Source of the DNA: Acidobacteriota bacterium
GTDB taxonomy: Bacteria > Acidobacteriota > Vicinamibacteria > Vicinamibacterales > UBA8438
Length of the DNA: 64,000 bases
Assembly (NCBI GenBank): GCA_002712885.1
Contig: PAUN01000021.1
Location: forward strand, 45,804 to 109,803
Direction: 5' to 3'
Shown one piece after another: positions 37,896 to 46,900 of the stretch; position 1 is the first letter of the stretch; each line of letters starts with the position of its first letter. The translations under genes and the position numbers were made by a program. The notes below the pieces were generated by a model. That model was not told where the DNA came from. It worked only from the letters and a program-made list of their open reading frames with translations, and did not search any database.

Positions 37896-39008
37896 ATGAC
37901 CCGACCTGCTGACGATGGCAACGGCCTCGTCGACCTCGACACCCTCGGCTGGCACGTCGATCTCGCCGGGCCGTTCCAGACCCACGCGGCACAAGGATTA
38001 CACGCGGCCCGGGTGGCCGTGGCGCACAACTACCTCTACCAACTGACCGGCCCAGACGGTGAACTGATGGCGGAAGTGTCCGGCCGACTCCGCCACCAGG
38101 GCGACATCCCGGAGAACAGACCGGTCGTCGGCGACTGGGTGGCCATCAAGCCCAATCAGTCCGAGCAAAAGGCCACCATCGAGGCGGTTCTCCCTCGGCG
38201 GACATCGTTCTCTCGGAAGGCGCCCGGGGAAACCACCCGGCGTCAGCTCGTCGCCGCCAACATCGACACAATCTTCCTTGTCTGCGGCCTCGACAACGAT
38301 TTCAATGTGCGACGGATCGAGCGCTACCTAGTGGCCATTCGGGAAAGCGGCGCCTCGGCCGTCATCATCCTGAACAAGGCGGACACCTGCCCGGACCTCG
38401 AGGCTGCCCGCACGGACACCGCGTCGATTGCGGCCGGCGCCCCCCTCCACGTCATCAGCTGCCTCGAGGACGACGGGATCGACCCATTGAGACATTACCT
38501 GACCCGAGGTCACACCATCGCGTTGATCGGATCGTCCGGAGTCGGGAAGTCGACCATCATCAACCGGCTCCTCGGCGTCGACCGTCAGCGGACCCGCACG
38601 GTCCGGCCGAAGGACGGCCGCGGCCGTCACACCACCACGCAACGAGAACTGATCATGATGCCCGGCGGCGGCCTGTTGATCGACACTCCGGGCATGCGCG
38701 AGCTGCAGCTCTGGGATAGCGCACAGGCGCTCGACGACGCGTTCGACGATATCGACACTCTGGCATCCGATTGCCGCTTTCGCGACTGCGCGCACGGCGA
38801 GGAGCCGGGCTGCGCCGTCCGGTCCGCAGTCGACGCCGGACAACTCAGTCGCCCACGCGTCGAGCACTACAAGGGACTCAAGGAAGAAGGGACCCACCTG
38901 CAGCAGAAACGGGACGAACTGGTCCGAATCGAAGAACAGCACCGGACCAAGACGGTGCACCGTTCCATGCGGTCCATGCGCAACAACCAGCTCACCGACA
39001 AGACGTGA
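37896..39008 (+). CDS. rsgA: ribosome small-subunit-dependent GTPase A
   Basis: Circularly permuted GTPase motifs are present: ILNKADT (G4), GSSGVGKSTIINRL (G1), DTPGMRE (G3). The zinc knuckle is CRFRDCAHGEEPGCAV. Confidence 0.9.
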   Translation: MTRPADDGNGLVDLDTLGWHVDLAGPFQTHAAQGLHAARVAVAHNYLYQLTGPDGELMAEVSGRLRHQGDIPENRPVVGDWVAIKPNQSEQKATIEAVLPRRTSFSRKAPGETTRRQLVAANIDTIFLVCGLDNDFNVRRIERYLVAIRESGASAVIILNKADTCPDLEAARTDTASIAAGAPLHVISCLEDDGIDPLRHYLTRGHTIALIGSSGVGKSTIINRLLGVDRQRTRTVRPKDGRGRHTTTQRELIMMPGGGLLIDTPGMRELQLWDSAQALDDAFDDIDTLASDCRFRDCAHGEEPGCAVRSAVDAGQLSRPRVEHYKGLKEEGTHLQQKRDELVRIEEQHRTKTVHRSMRSMRNNQLTDKT

Positions 39009-39017
39009 GGGGCCGCG

Positions 39018-39359
39018 TCAGAGGAGCGCCTCGGTCAGCATCTCTTCGTTGAAGCCGACCAATACGGTCCTTCCCGCTCGAATCAGTGGCGCCCTGAGAT
39101 TGCCGGTAGGACCAAGCATGGCTCCGACGGCATCGGCCGAGACGCTACCGCTCACCGAAAAGCGGTCGACCTTCTTCCCTTTGGCCACGATGAGGGTCGA
39201 GGCCTCCGCCAACAGCGCCCTGGCATCCATCTCCTGTAACTTTCTGCTCGCCGAAACGGTCTCGGCGATACGAACACGGTTGGCCTCCATGAACCTGGCG
39301 GCTCGCGCGCAACTCGTTCAACCATTCCGGTGGTAGTACCAGTCGACGGTTCGGGTCAT
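39018..39359 (-). CDS. ArsC/Spx/YffB-family thioredoxin-fold protein with in-frame TGA at the first redox Cys (candidate selenoprotein, U-x-x-C)
   Basis: ATG 39359 is preceded by AAGGAG (39367-39372, 7-nt spacer). One frame gives MTRTVDWYYHRNG-TGA(39320-39318)-TSCARAARFMEANRVRIAETV... and continues to the stop at 39018 (113 codons). The C-terminal part (LRAPLIRAGRTVLVGFNEE) is ArsC-family-like. The track reports only the 90-aa piece starting at ATG 39290. Confidence 0.65.
39276..39317 (-). promoter_or_regulatory. SECIS-like stem-loop immediately 3' of the in-frame UGA
   Basis: mRNA sequence is UGA-ACGAGUUGCGCGCGAGCCGCCAGGUUCAUGGAGGCCAACCGU. Lower stems are ACG/CGU and GUUG/CAAC; the upper stem is GCCGCC/GGAGGC with one G.A mismatch. 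The 8-nt apical loop AGGUUCAU has its GGU 23-25 nt after the UGA. Confidence 0.45.
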
Positions 39360-39440
39360 CGAAGGGCTCCTTTCGTCTCGTCCTCGTTCTCGGCGCTCTG
39401 GCCGTTCGCGCACCGATGAGTGCGGTAGAACCTGTCGCGG

Positions 39441-41249
39441 TCAGTCAAGCGCATGGACCTCGAGCGCAGCCCCAAGGATAAGCGCGCCCCCGCGATCGTC
39501 GGCGCCATTGACGGCGGTACGGTCGAGATAGTAGCGACGCGTCGGTCCGGCGCCGGTACTAATGCAGACGTCCACGAGCGTGCCGTCGATCCGGACGTGG
39601 GCCAGGAGCGCCCGCCAAGCGCGCTCGACCACAGGCCGGTACGACGGATCCAGCCACCCGTGTCGGATGCCCCTGGCCATCGCGGTCAACGTGAGCGCCG
39701 TCACACTCGCCTCGCGATAGCTGCCGGGCATATCCACGACCTGCGACCACATCCCGTCCGGCGCCTGGTACCGCCGCATGGCGACCATCTGGCGGCGATA
39801 GATGTCTAGGAGAGCCCGCCGGTCCGGGTGGTCATCAGGTAGACCGGTGAGGACTTCGGCCAGCCCCAGCGCGGCAAAGCCGTTGCCCCGGCCCCACGCC
39901 ACCGGGGCATCGGGGGCGTGGTGGAACACGCCGCCCGGCTGCTGCAGGCGACGGGCGTAGTTGGTAATCAGACGGGTCGCCGCGGCAAGACCCGCGGCGT
40001 CGAGCGCACGGGCGGCGACAACCGTCCCGAGGAACATGTCGTCGGTCCACCCAGAGCCGTGCTCCGGCACCCCTGGAGACGTCTCAGCCGCGCCAAGGGC
40101 AACCGCCGCGTCCGCCAGACGGGACGCCGCCTCGCCGTCATCGCCCGCCAGTTTGGCGATCTCGGCGAAGACCATCGCGCCGGCGAGGGACGCGAAACGG
40201 ACCGTCTCGCCGACCAATGGTTGCTCGCCCCGCAGCCAGGGACGAACCTGACCGAGCACCTTGTCCCGCCAGGACGCATCCCCAGTCACGTCAGCCAGCT
40301 TCAGCGTGTGTACCCAGGCCACGGCCGGGATGTAGCTCATGCCAACACTCCCGGGATAGCGTTGGGCGAACAGACGCGCGATCGGAAGCGGGTCACGCGT
40401 CACCCGTTCGGTGATGGCCTCATGCAGCGGCGACTGACGGGCAACCTGCGCGAGCCGGTCGCGCAACAGACCTATCACGGCCGCGCCGTCGGACTCGCTC
40501 GCCGTCACGTGGATCGTCTCGACCGGACCGAGACCAGACTCGGTGCCGCGTACAGCCAGAGCCCGCGCCAGCGCGCCGCCCGGCCGCGCCTCGTCGGCCT
40601 CCGCTCCCGGACGCGCGCGAAAGCCGTTGCCGGCGCTGACCACAACGACAAGGTCGGGCGCCTGATAAGTCACCCAGCGCCACGTGTAGTGAATCTCCGG
40701 CCTGTCAGGTGCGTCGAAGAAGCCCTCGACCGGTGGAAAGCGATGCGGAGGTTGCGGACCGGTCCTCCCCGGATGCGCCAAAGGCAGTGCGCTGAGGGTC
40801 CAGCTGGCCCGAGCGTTGTCTGGCGCCGACGTCTTGAACCACCGTACCGCGTCAAGCACAATCCGTGTGCTGCGAGTGTCTCCGTCAAGGCCCCCGACAA
40901 GGACCAGCCGGCGATGTGTATCCTCGGGGTCAAACGACGCACCGTTCTCGAGCGTGAGCAGCGGCGTCTCATCACGGGTCACCCCGCCCGCGCTGACGAA
41001 TCGCGGTTCTCCGGCCAGCGCTGCGAGGGCGGACAGCTCCGTGCGCAGTGCGTCGTCGCCAGGCTGCGCGATCGCCACGGACCCGGTCCAGGCGCCAGAC
41101 AGCACGGTGCACCCAGCGGTCAGCGTTGCCACCTTGGCGACCGTGGCCAGCGTAGCCCGCCCGGCCACCGCGGCCCGGGTAGACGGCGACCATCTCGCCG
41201 GTCCGTCGTTCCCGCACGCCGCCGCATTCCCGTCGCTCGCGCGCATCAT
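39441..41249 (-). CDS. glycoside hydrolase family 88/105-like protein (unsaturated glucuronyl/rhamnogalacturonyl hydrolase fold) with ~300-aa N-terminal extension
   Basis: C-terminal half (GWTDDMFLG, WGRGNGFAALGLAEVL, APDGMWSQVVD, SVTALTLTAMARG, DDRGGALILGA) resembles the (alpha/alpha)6 YteR/UGL family. The N-terminal domain is unassigned and the start is uncertain (ATG 41249/41246). Confidence 0.6.
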   Translation of the reverse strand: MMRASDGNAAACGNDGPARWSPSTRAAVAGRATLATVAKVATLTAGCTVLSGAWTGSVAIAQPGDDALRTELSALAALAGEPRFVSAGGVTRDETPLLTLENGASFDPEDTHRRLVLVGGLDGDTRSTRIVLDAVRWFKTSAPDNARASWTLSALPLAHPGRTGPQPPHRFPPVEGFFDAPDRPEIHYTWRWVTYQAPDLVVVVSAGNGFRARPGAEADEARPGGALARALAVRGTESGLGPVETIHVTASESDGAAVIGLLRDRLAQVARQSPLHEAITERVTRDPLPIARLFAQRYPGSVGMSYIPAVAWVHTLKLADVTGDASWRDKVLGQVRPWLRGEQPLVGETVRFASLAGAMVFAEIAKLAGDDGEAASRLADAAVALGAAETSPGVPEHGSGWTDDMFLGTVVAARALDAAGLAAATRLITNYARRLQQPGGVFHHAPDAPVAWGRGNGFAALGLAEVLTGLPDDHPDRRALLDIYRRQMVAMRRYQAPDGMWSQVVDMPGSYREASVTALTLTAMARGIRHGWLDPSYRPVVERAWRALLAHVRIDGTLVDVCISTGAGPTRRYYLDRTAVNGADDRGGALILGAALEVHALD

Positions 41250-41485
41250 CTCGGCCGAACGATACCCGATCCGCGCCCTGAACGCTCGGCGCACGTGTCC
41301 CGTGTCAGAGCTACGATGACCCTTTCGAGGGGAGCCGCTCGGGCGGCGAACCGGCAAGAAGTCTCTCTTGTGAAACAGGCTCACTGGTCCGGATTAAATT
41401 GACGACGCACAGTCAAGGAACAACAGTCGAGGACACACTCCCAAGTTTGTCTCTCCGCGGCGGTTTCCCCTTGGAGTGAACGGTT

Positions 41486-42136
41486 TTGAGTCGAGTACGA
41501 AGGACGATTGCGGCGGTCGCTCTCGGCGGCTGGGTCTTGGCCGGCCCGGGGCGGCCGTCGTACGCGCAGCCGGACCCGCGCGTCGCCCACACGGTCGCGG
41601 TCGAGACATTCCGCAACGTGTCCGGCGGCGCCGATGACGCATGGATCGGTGACGGCCTCGCGGAGGCGGTGGCGGCGGACTTGAGCGGCCAGGTGAGCCG
41701 ATTTCGCGACGCACGCTGGGTCGTGCGGGGCGCCTACCAGCGATTGGGCAACCGTGTCCGGGTGACCGCCGAGCTCGTCGACGCCGTCTCCGGGAATCGG
41801 ATCGATTCGGTGAAAGTCGACGGCAGCTTCGCCGATCTGTTCGGGCTCCAGGATGCGCTAGCCACGGCGATCGCCACCCGGTTGTCGGCGCAGACCGAGG
41901 GTGCCAATATCCTCTGCGTGGACCGTGTCGAGGAGAGCGCGCACGAGACGGTGCGCATCATCGAGGACGAGGACGGCGTAGCAACGCCGCCAGACGGACG
42001 CCTCGCCAAGGAACCTAGTGGACGCCGCGGCCCATTTGGAGCATGGAGGGTTCAGCGCCGAGGCGCCGGATGGCGGTTTCCCACATTTCGGTCGACTGGG
42101 TGTCGAAGATCAGGTCGAGTTCCACATCGGCAATAA
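41486..42136 (+). CDS. secreted protein with TolB-N-terminal-like / FlgO-like domain; 3' end aberrant
   Basis: Signal peptide followed by VAVETFRNVSGGADDAWIGDGLAEAVAADLS...VVRGAYQRLGNRVRVTAELVDAVSGN, the IAVLPF-N-S...GSV...RV-a-L-d pattern of this domain. The last ~70 codons read through repeat A5 and antisense to yqgE. Confidence 0.55.
   Translation: MSRVRRTIAAVALGGWVLAGPGRPSYAQPDPRVAHTVAVETFRNVSGGADDAWIGDGLAEAVAADLSGQVSRFRDARWVVRGAYQRLGNRVRVTAELVDAVSGNRIDSVKVDGSFADLFGLQDALATAIATRLSAQTEGANILCVDRVEESAHETVRIIEDEDGVATPPDGRLAKEPSGRRGPFGAWRVQRRGAGWRFPTFRSTGCRRSGRVPHRQ
41981..42015 (-). repeat. A-type repeat, stop-proximal half only (A5)
   Basis: GCAACGCCGCCAGACGGACGCCTCGCCAAGGAACC matches the stop-proximal arm of A4 at about 90 percent identity. 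The last base is shared with the TAG of yqgE. Confidence 0.75.
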
Positions 42137-42578
42137 GCCACGACGAGGACGACAGCTCTTCATCGAGCTGGCCGGCACCCCAGCCGGCATAGCCCGTCAA
42201 CAGCCGCGTACGGTTCGGTGGCTGGTCGCTCAGCAACCGCCGAAGAAGCTCTGGCGACGTCGACAGATAGAGCCCGTCGCACACCTCAACCGATTCCGCC
42301 GCGTCCGGCTCCCGTCCCATCAGTATCCAACCGCGCTCCGGCTCGACCGGGCCGCCGATCCAGAGCTGTAGTCCGTTGTCGCTGTCGACCGGAGGGGTGA
42401 GCCGCACCACCGACGAGGCTGGCGTATCGGTCTGACGATTCAGAACCAGCCCAAACGCTCCGTCAGCGCCGTGTTCGCACAACAGCACCACGGTCTGTTT
42501 GAAATTAGGGTCGCAGAGCTGCGGCATCGAGAGCAGCAGCGTCGGCGCCAACGAAGTCCCGTTTCCAACCTTGGTCAT
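42015..42578 (-). CDS. yqgE: YqgE/AlgH family protein (UPF0301)
   Basis: LLLSMPQLCDPNFKQTVVLLCEHGADGAFGLVLNR, LWIGGPVEPERGWIL and GYAGWGAGQLDEEL are family hallmarks. Start at MTKVGNG (42578). Confidence 0.85.
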   Translation of the reverse strand: MTKVGNGTSLAPTLLLSMPQLCDPNFKQTVVLLCEHGADGAFGLVLNRQTDTPASSVVRLTPPVDSDNGLQLWIGGPVEPERGWILMGREPDAAESVEVCDGLYLSTSPELLRRLLSDQPPNRTRLLTGYAGWGAGQLDEELSSSSWLIADVELDLIFDTQSTEMWETAIRRLGAEPSMLQMGRGVH

Positions 42579-42709
42579 GGTCGTGTCGTGGGCTGACCAG
42601 GTCGCTCCCGAGGGCCGCCGTCGCCGCACGGTCCCATCTTAACAGATCGCGCTGGCCAGTGTAGAAGAGCGCGCGAGAGGGACGAGCTCAGGGCCCTGGC
42701 CCCGGGGCC

Positions 42710-43765
42710 TCAGCGTGCACCCAACCGCGCACGAGCCCAGGCGACGTGCTCGGCGACCAGCGGCTCATCGACCGACTCGGTGCCGACCGTCTCGGCGAGC
42801 GCCGGTTTCAGCGCGGCCGCCGCCTCGGCTGTGCCCCTATTGCCCAGCGCCACCGCCATGTTTCGCCGCAGCCGCTTCACCCGCACCCGCGTCATCGCGC
42901 CACGACGGATGGCGTTGCGCAATTGACCGTCTGACCGTGTCCACAGCTCGGCCAGACGCGGACGGTCGAGCGCTACGCGCGGTTGCCAAACCGGATCGTC
43001 GGTCACCGGCGCCCCGTGGTTGTACGGGCAGACATCCTGGCAGACGTCACACCCGTAGATGTGGTTGCTCAACCCGGGACGTTCGACCACGGGAATGGCC
43101 GCTTTGGTTTCGATGGTGAGATAGGACAAGCACCGGGTCGCGTCGAGCACTCCCGGCTCCGGAAACGCCTCAGTCGGGCAGGCGTCTAAGCACAACGTGC
43201 ACGTGCCACACTGATCGAACCCGGGCTCGTCGGTCGCGAGTCCGGCGCTGCAGAGGATCTCGGAAAGAAAGACCCACGACCCAAGCTCTGGACTGATGAG
43301 GCAGGTGTTCTTCCCGACCCACCCCAGCCCCGCCTGCTCGGCGTAGAGCTTTTCCTGTACCGGACCGGTGTCCACGTACACCCTGGTCTCCAACGGCGCG
43401 CCATGGACTTGTACCATCCACTGACTGAGTGCATCGGTGCGCGCCCCCAGCACATCGTGATAGTCGTCGCCCCACGCGTACCGCGAAATCAGCGCTTCGC
43501 CGGGGTCACGGACCTCGGTCGAGTACGGACGGTCGGTGTTGTACAGCGTCCCAAGTACCACGACCGAACGGACCGACGGCATGAGGACCCGCACGTCGGC
43601 CCGGCGCTCAGCCGTGCGAGCCAGATAGCCCATCTCTCCGGCATAGCCCCGGTCGATCCAATCCCGAAAGAACGGCAGCCGTGGATGGTCCTCGACCGAC
43701 GCGACACCACACAGGTCGAAGCCGAGCTCCCGCGCACGCGTCTTAACCGATTCAGCGGTCACCAT
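42710..43765 (-). CDS. queG: tRNA epoxyqueuosine(34) reductase
   Basis: Two 4Fe-4S motifs (CGTCTLCLDACPT, YGCDVCQDVCPYN), a cobalamin-binding region, and a C-terminal HEAT-like tail. The N-terminus begins ...LGFDLCGVAS. Confidence 0.9.
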   Translation of the reverse strand: MVTAESVKTRARELGFDLCGVASVEDHPRLPFFRDWIDRGYAGEMGYLARTAERRADVRVLMPSVRSVVVLGTLYNTDRPYSTEVRDPGEALISRYAWGDDYHDVLGARTDALSQWMVQVHGAPLETRVYVDTGPVQEKLYAEQAGLGWVGKNTCLISPELGSWVFLSEILCSAGLATDEPGFDQCGTCTLCLDACPTEAFPEPGVLDATRCLSYLTIETKAAIPVVERPGLSNHIYGCDVCQDVCPYNHGAPVTDDPVWQPRVALDRPRLAELWTRSDGQLRNAIRRGAMTRVRVKRLRRNMAVALGNRGTAEAAAALKPALAETVGTESVDEPLVAEHVAWARARLGAR

Positions 43766-43925
43766 GGTAAGACCCGAACTCTAGTGCCCTACAACCGTGG
43801 AAGCAACGCCAGGCGCCGGCAAGGTCAACGAGCACTCGGCGTCCGAGGCGGGTGTCTCCTGAGAAAATGCATGATGGGAAGGCGAAGGCTGCGCGACAAT
43901 GCGCGCCCTGTGGCCGCGGAGTGAG

Positions 43926-43986
43926 GCACTTGGGGTCCCTGCGGAGCGGTCGCGTGGGGTTCGGGGCGCAACACCGCCAGGCGACC
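43926..43986 (-). repeat. B-type intergenic repeat module, copy B2, fused to a shortened A-like terminus
   Basis: GCACTTGGGGTCCCTGCGGAGCGGTCGCGTGGGGTTCGGGGCGCA is followed by ACACCGCCAGGCGACC. The last base is shared with the TAG stop of the TonB-dependent receptor. Confidence 0.75.
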
Positions 43987-46900
43987 TAAAAGGAGTAGCG
44001 GAGGCCGAATTGCATTTCTCTGGCATTCTGGGCGCTAAAGATGCGACCGAAGTTCGGGGTCCCGAAGATCCGATTCGGCACATCGAAGTTCGCCCGATTT
44101 AAGAGGTTGAAGATCTCCCAGCGCACCTCAAAGCGATCATCGTCGCCGATCGGCCAGTCCTTCTGGATCGACAGATCGACCACGGCCAGGCCTGGCGCGA
44201 ACACGCTGTTGCGCAGCGCAGACCCGAACATGAATAGGTCCGGCTGCGTGAAGACAGCGGTGTTGAACCACTGCTCTGCCGAGCGCTGGCTTGCCGGCAG
44301 GGTCGGATCGCCGATCTGGTTTGGACGCTGGGCCGGACCAGAACCGATGTTTGCGACATCCTGGCCGAGATTGACGGTAAACGGCGCTCCCGACTGCAAC
44401 GTGGCGATGACATTGACCCGCCACCCGGCCCCCAGGGCTTGGGCCGCCCCGCCAGCGCCTTCGAAGAACGGCAAGTGGTAGCTTCCGCTGGCCACGAATT
44501 GGTGTCGGTGATGGAAGCTCGAGAGCGCCTCCTCCCCAGGAAAGATGTTGCGAACGTCCTGCGGCACATTCGCTTCGAATGCCGTGGCCCCCGGACTCGA
44601 CGCGTCGTCGCGAGACTGCGACAACGTATAGGCGGTGTTGAACGAGAAGCGCCCGTTGAACCGCCGCTCGGCCTTGAGCGTCACAGCGTGGTAGATCGAT
44701 GTGCCATCGAATCGGATCGCACGAACCGCGCTCAGCTGCGGAATCGGTCGCCGCTCGTTTATCGGACCGGGCCCCGGCACCGGCACGTTGCGAATCGTCG
44801 AATTGTCGGCCCCAATGGTGTACGACCCCATATAGGCGACTTCAAACATCGTCTGCGGCAATGCCTCGATCTGGAGTCCGCCGCTCCAGGTCTGGGTGTA
44901 TTCGACCTGGTAGTTGTTGTCCATGATCGTCCCGCCAAGGTTGCCAGCGGCATCGCCGGCGAGGATGTCATTGGTCCGCAAGGTGGGCACCAACTGGTCC
45001 GACGGGGCATCGACCTGTTTCAATGAAAAAAACGGCAAGTTCCGCGTGAACGCCGTCTGCACGCTGTAGGCCCATTGGTTGAGGAATACGCCGTAGCCGC
45101 CGCGAATGACGGTTGGCCGCTCGCGGTCAAGGGACAGAGCGAAACCAAGTCGTGGCGCCAGCCGCAGCTTGCTTGGTCGCAGCAGACTCCGGTCCCAGCC
45201 GGCTTCGGCGGACGTCACCCAGGGAATCGGGATCAACGGCAGCATCGCCTCCGCCTCCGGCGAGATGTTGCCCGCGTCGTCGCTGGCGATGACGTACCGC
45301 CCGCCCGGCACCGAAAAATCGATCGTCGACAACCGGTTGTCGACATCCTTCATGTGTGAGTTGTACTCGTAGCGCACACCATAATTGATGGACAGGTTGT
45401 CTCTCGCGCGCCAGTCGTCCTGTGCATACAGGTGCAGCCACGTCGTGCGCGCATTCTCGTCACCACCCCCAACCCCGGACCGGGCCGACGTCGGGAAACC
45501 GAGTAGAAAGTCGCCCAGCGCGTTGCCGGTCCATTGGCCGGTGTAGCTGAACGCGCCACGTGCGGTGTCGGCGTTGACAGGACGGAAACGCAGGTGAAAC
45601 AGATAGCCGCCGAACTTCAGCCGATGAGCACCACGGTCGATCAGAAAGTTGTCATAGAGCTCAAAGTGTTCGTTGTCTCGCGACACGAAGGTGGTGGGGT
45701 CTCCCATCGTGCTGAACAGCCCGGCAGTTGAAATCTGCGGAAACCCGGTGTCGCGCGGATTAGTGCTCACCCCCAGCAGGCCGACCTGAGTAGCGAAGTC
45801 AGAGCCGACATTGACGCTCCTTTGCCCTCCATTCACCCTCATGAAACCGAACCGAAGCTCGTTGAGCATGTTGACGCCGATCGTGCGCGTATGACTGATC
45901 CCCAGGTTGCGAGCCGTGGTGTCGAGCGTGCGCCCGAAGCCGGGCACCAGCGTTTCTTGCAACACGCTGGTGCCGAACGGCTGCACCTCGTCGGCATCGA
46001 AGCTGCTAAACCGGACAAACAGTTGATCCCGCTCAGTCAGCCGATGGTCGACGCGCAGACTGAACTGGTGAACGTCCTTGTCTTGCGACTCGGCCGACGT
46101 CAAGTTCTGGAACTGTCCCTCGCCGTTGGGCAACGGCACGTTCCCCAGAAACGTCAGGGCGAGCGGGTCGAGCCGGTCGGCGGGAATCTGGTTTCCGGCA
46201 AACGGCGTGCACGCTCCGGTCGCGCGGTTGATGGTGCTGGGATCACAAATCGGATCCCAGCCTGAGAAGTCACCGCCGCGCGTGGCCGCGTCAGGCACCG
46301 AGAACGTACTGGTCAGCGAGCGCCGCGTATCCTGGCGCTCGTAGCTCAGAAAGAAGAACGTCCGATCCGTGACGATCGGTCCGCCCAGTGACCCGCCGTA
46401 TTGCTGCTGGTCGAGGGGGGGCACCGGCTGGCTCCGGTCGTCGAAGAAATTGTACGCATCGAATCGGTCGTCGCGGATGAATTCGAAGACGCTGCCGTGG
46501 AATCGATTCGCCCCCGCCTTTGTCGCGACGTTGATGAGTGCCGACGCCTTCCCACCAAATTCCGCTGGGTACTGCGACTTCTGAATCTTGAACTCCTGGA
46601 TGGAATCGATCGAGGGATTGATGACCAGGTTGTTGAACAACTCGTCGGTCACTTTGAAGCCGTCGAGCAGATAGATGTTGTGGCCGGCTCGCTGCCCGCC
46701 GACATTGGGCAGCGGTCCCGCTTGCTGCAACGCCCCGCCCCTCGTCCCGCCGGGCGGGATGACCACTGCGTCACTGAGCTGAGCCAACTGGAGAAACTGA
46801 CGGCCGTTCAACGGGATCTGCTCGACCTCCCGCGTCTCAATGACATCGCTGACCTCCGCGGTGGTCGTCTGCAACAAGGGCGTGGACACCCTGACGGTCA

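Noticed and set aside
39049-39336. 95-aa plus-strand ORF
   Set aside because: It is antisense to the ArsC-family gene. The minus frame has family-specific motifs and a strong Shine-Dalgarno site.
39918-41402. 494-aa ORF on the plus strand
   Set aside because: It is antisense to the GH88/105-like gene and extremely Arg-rich.
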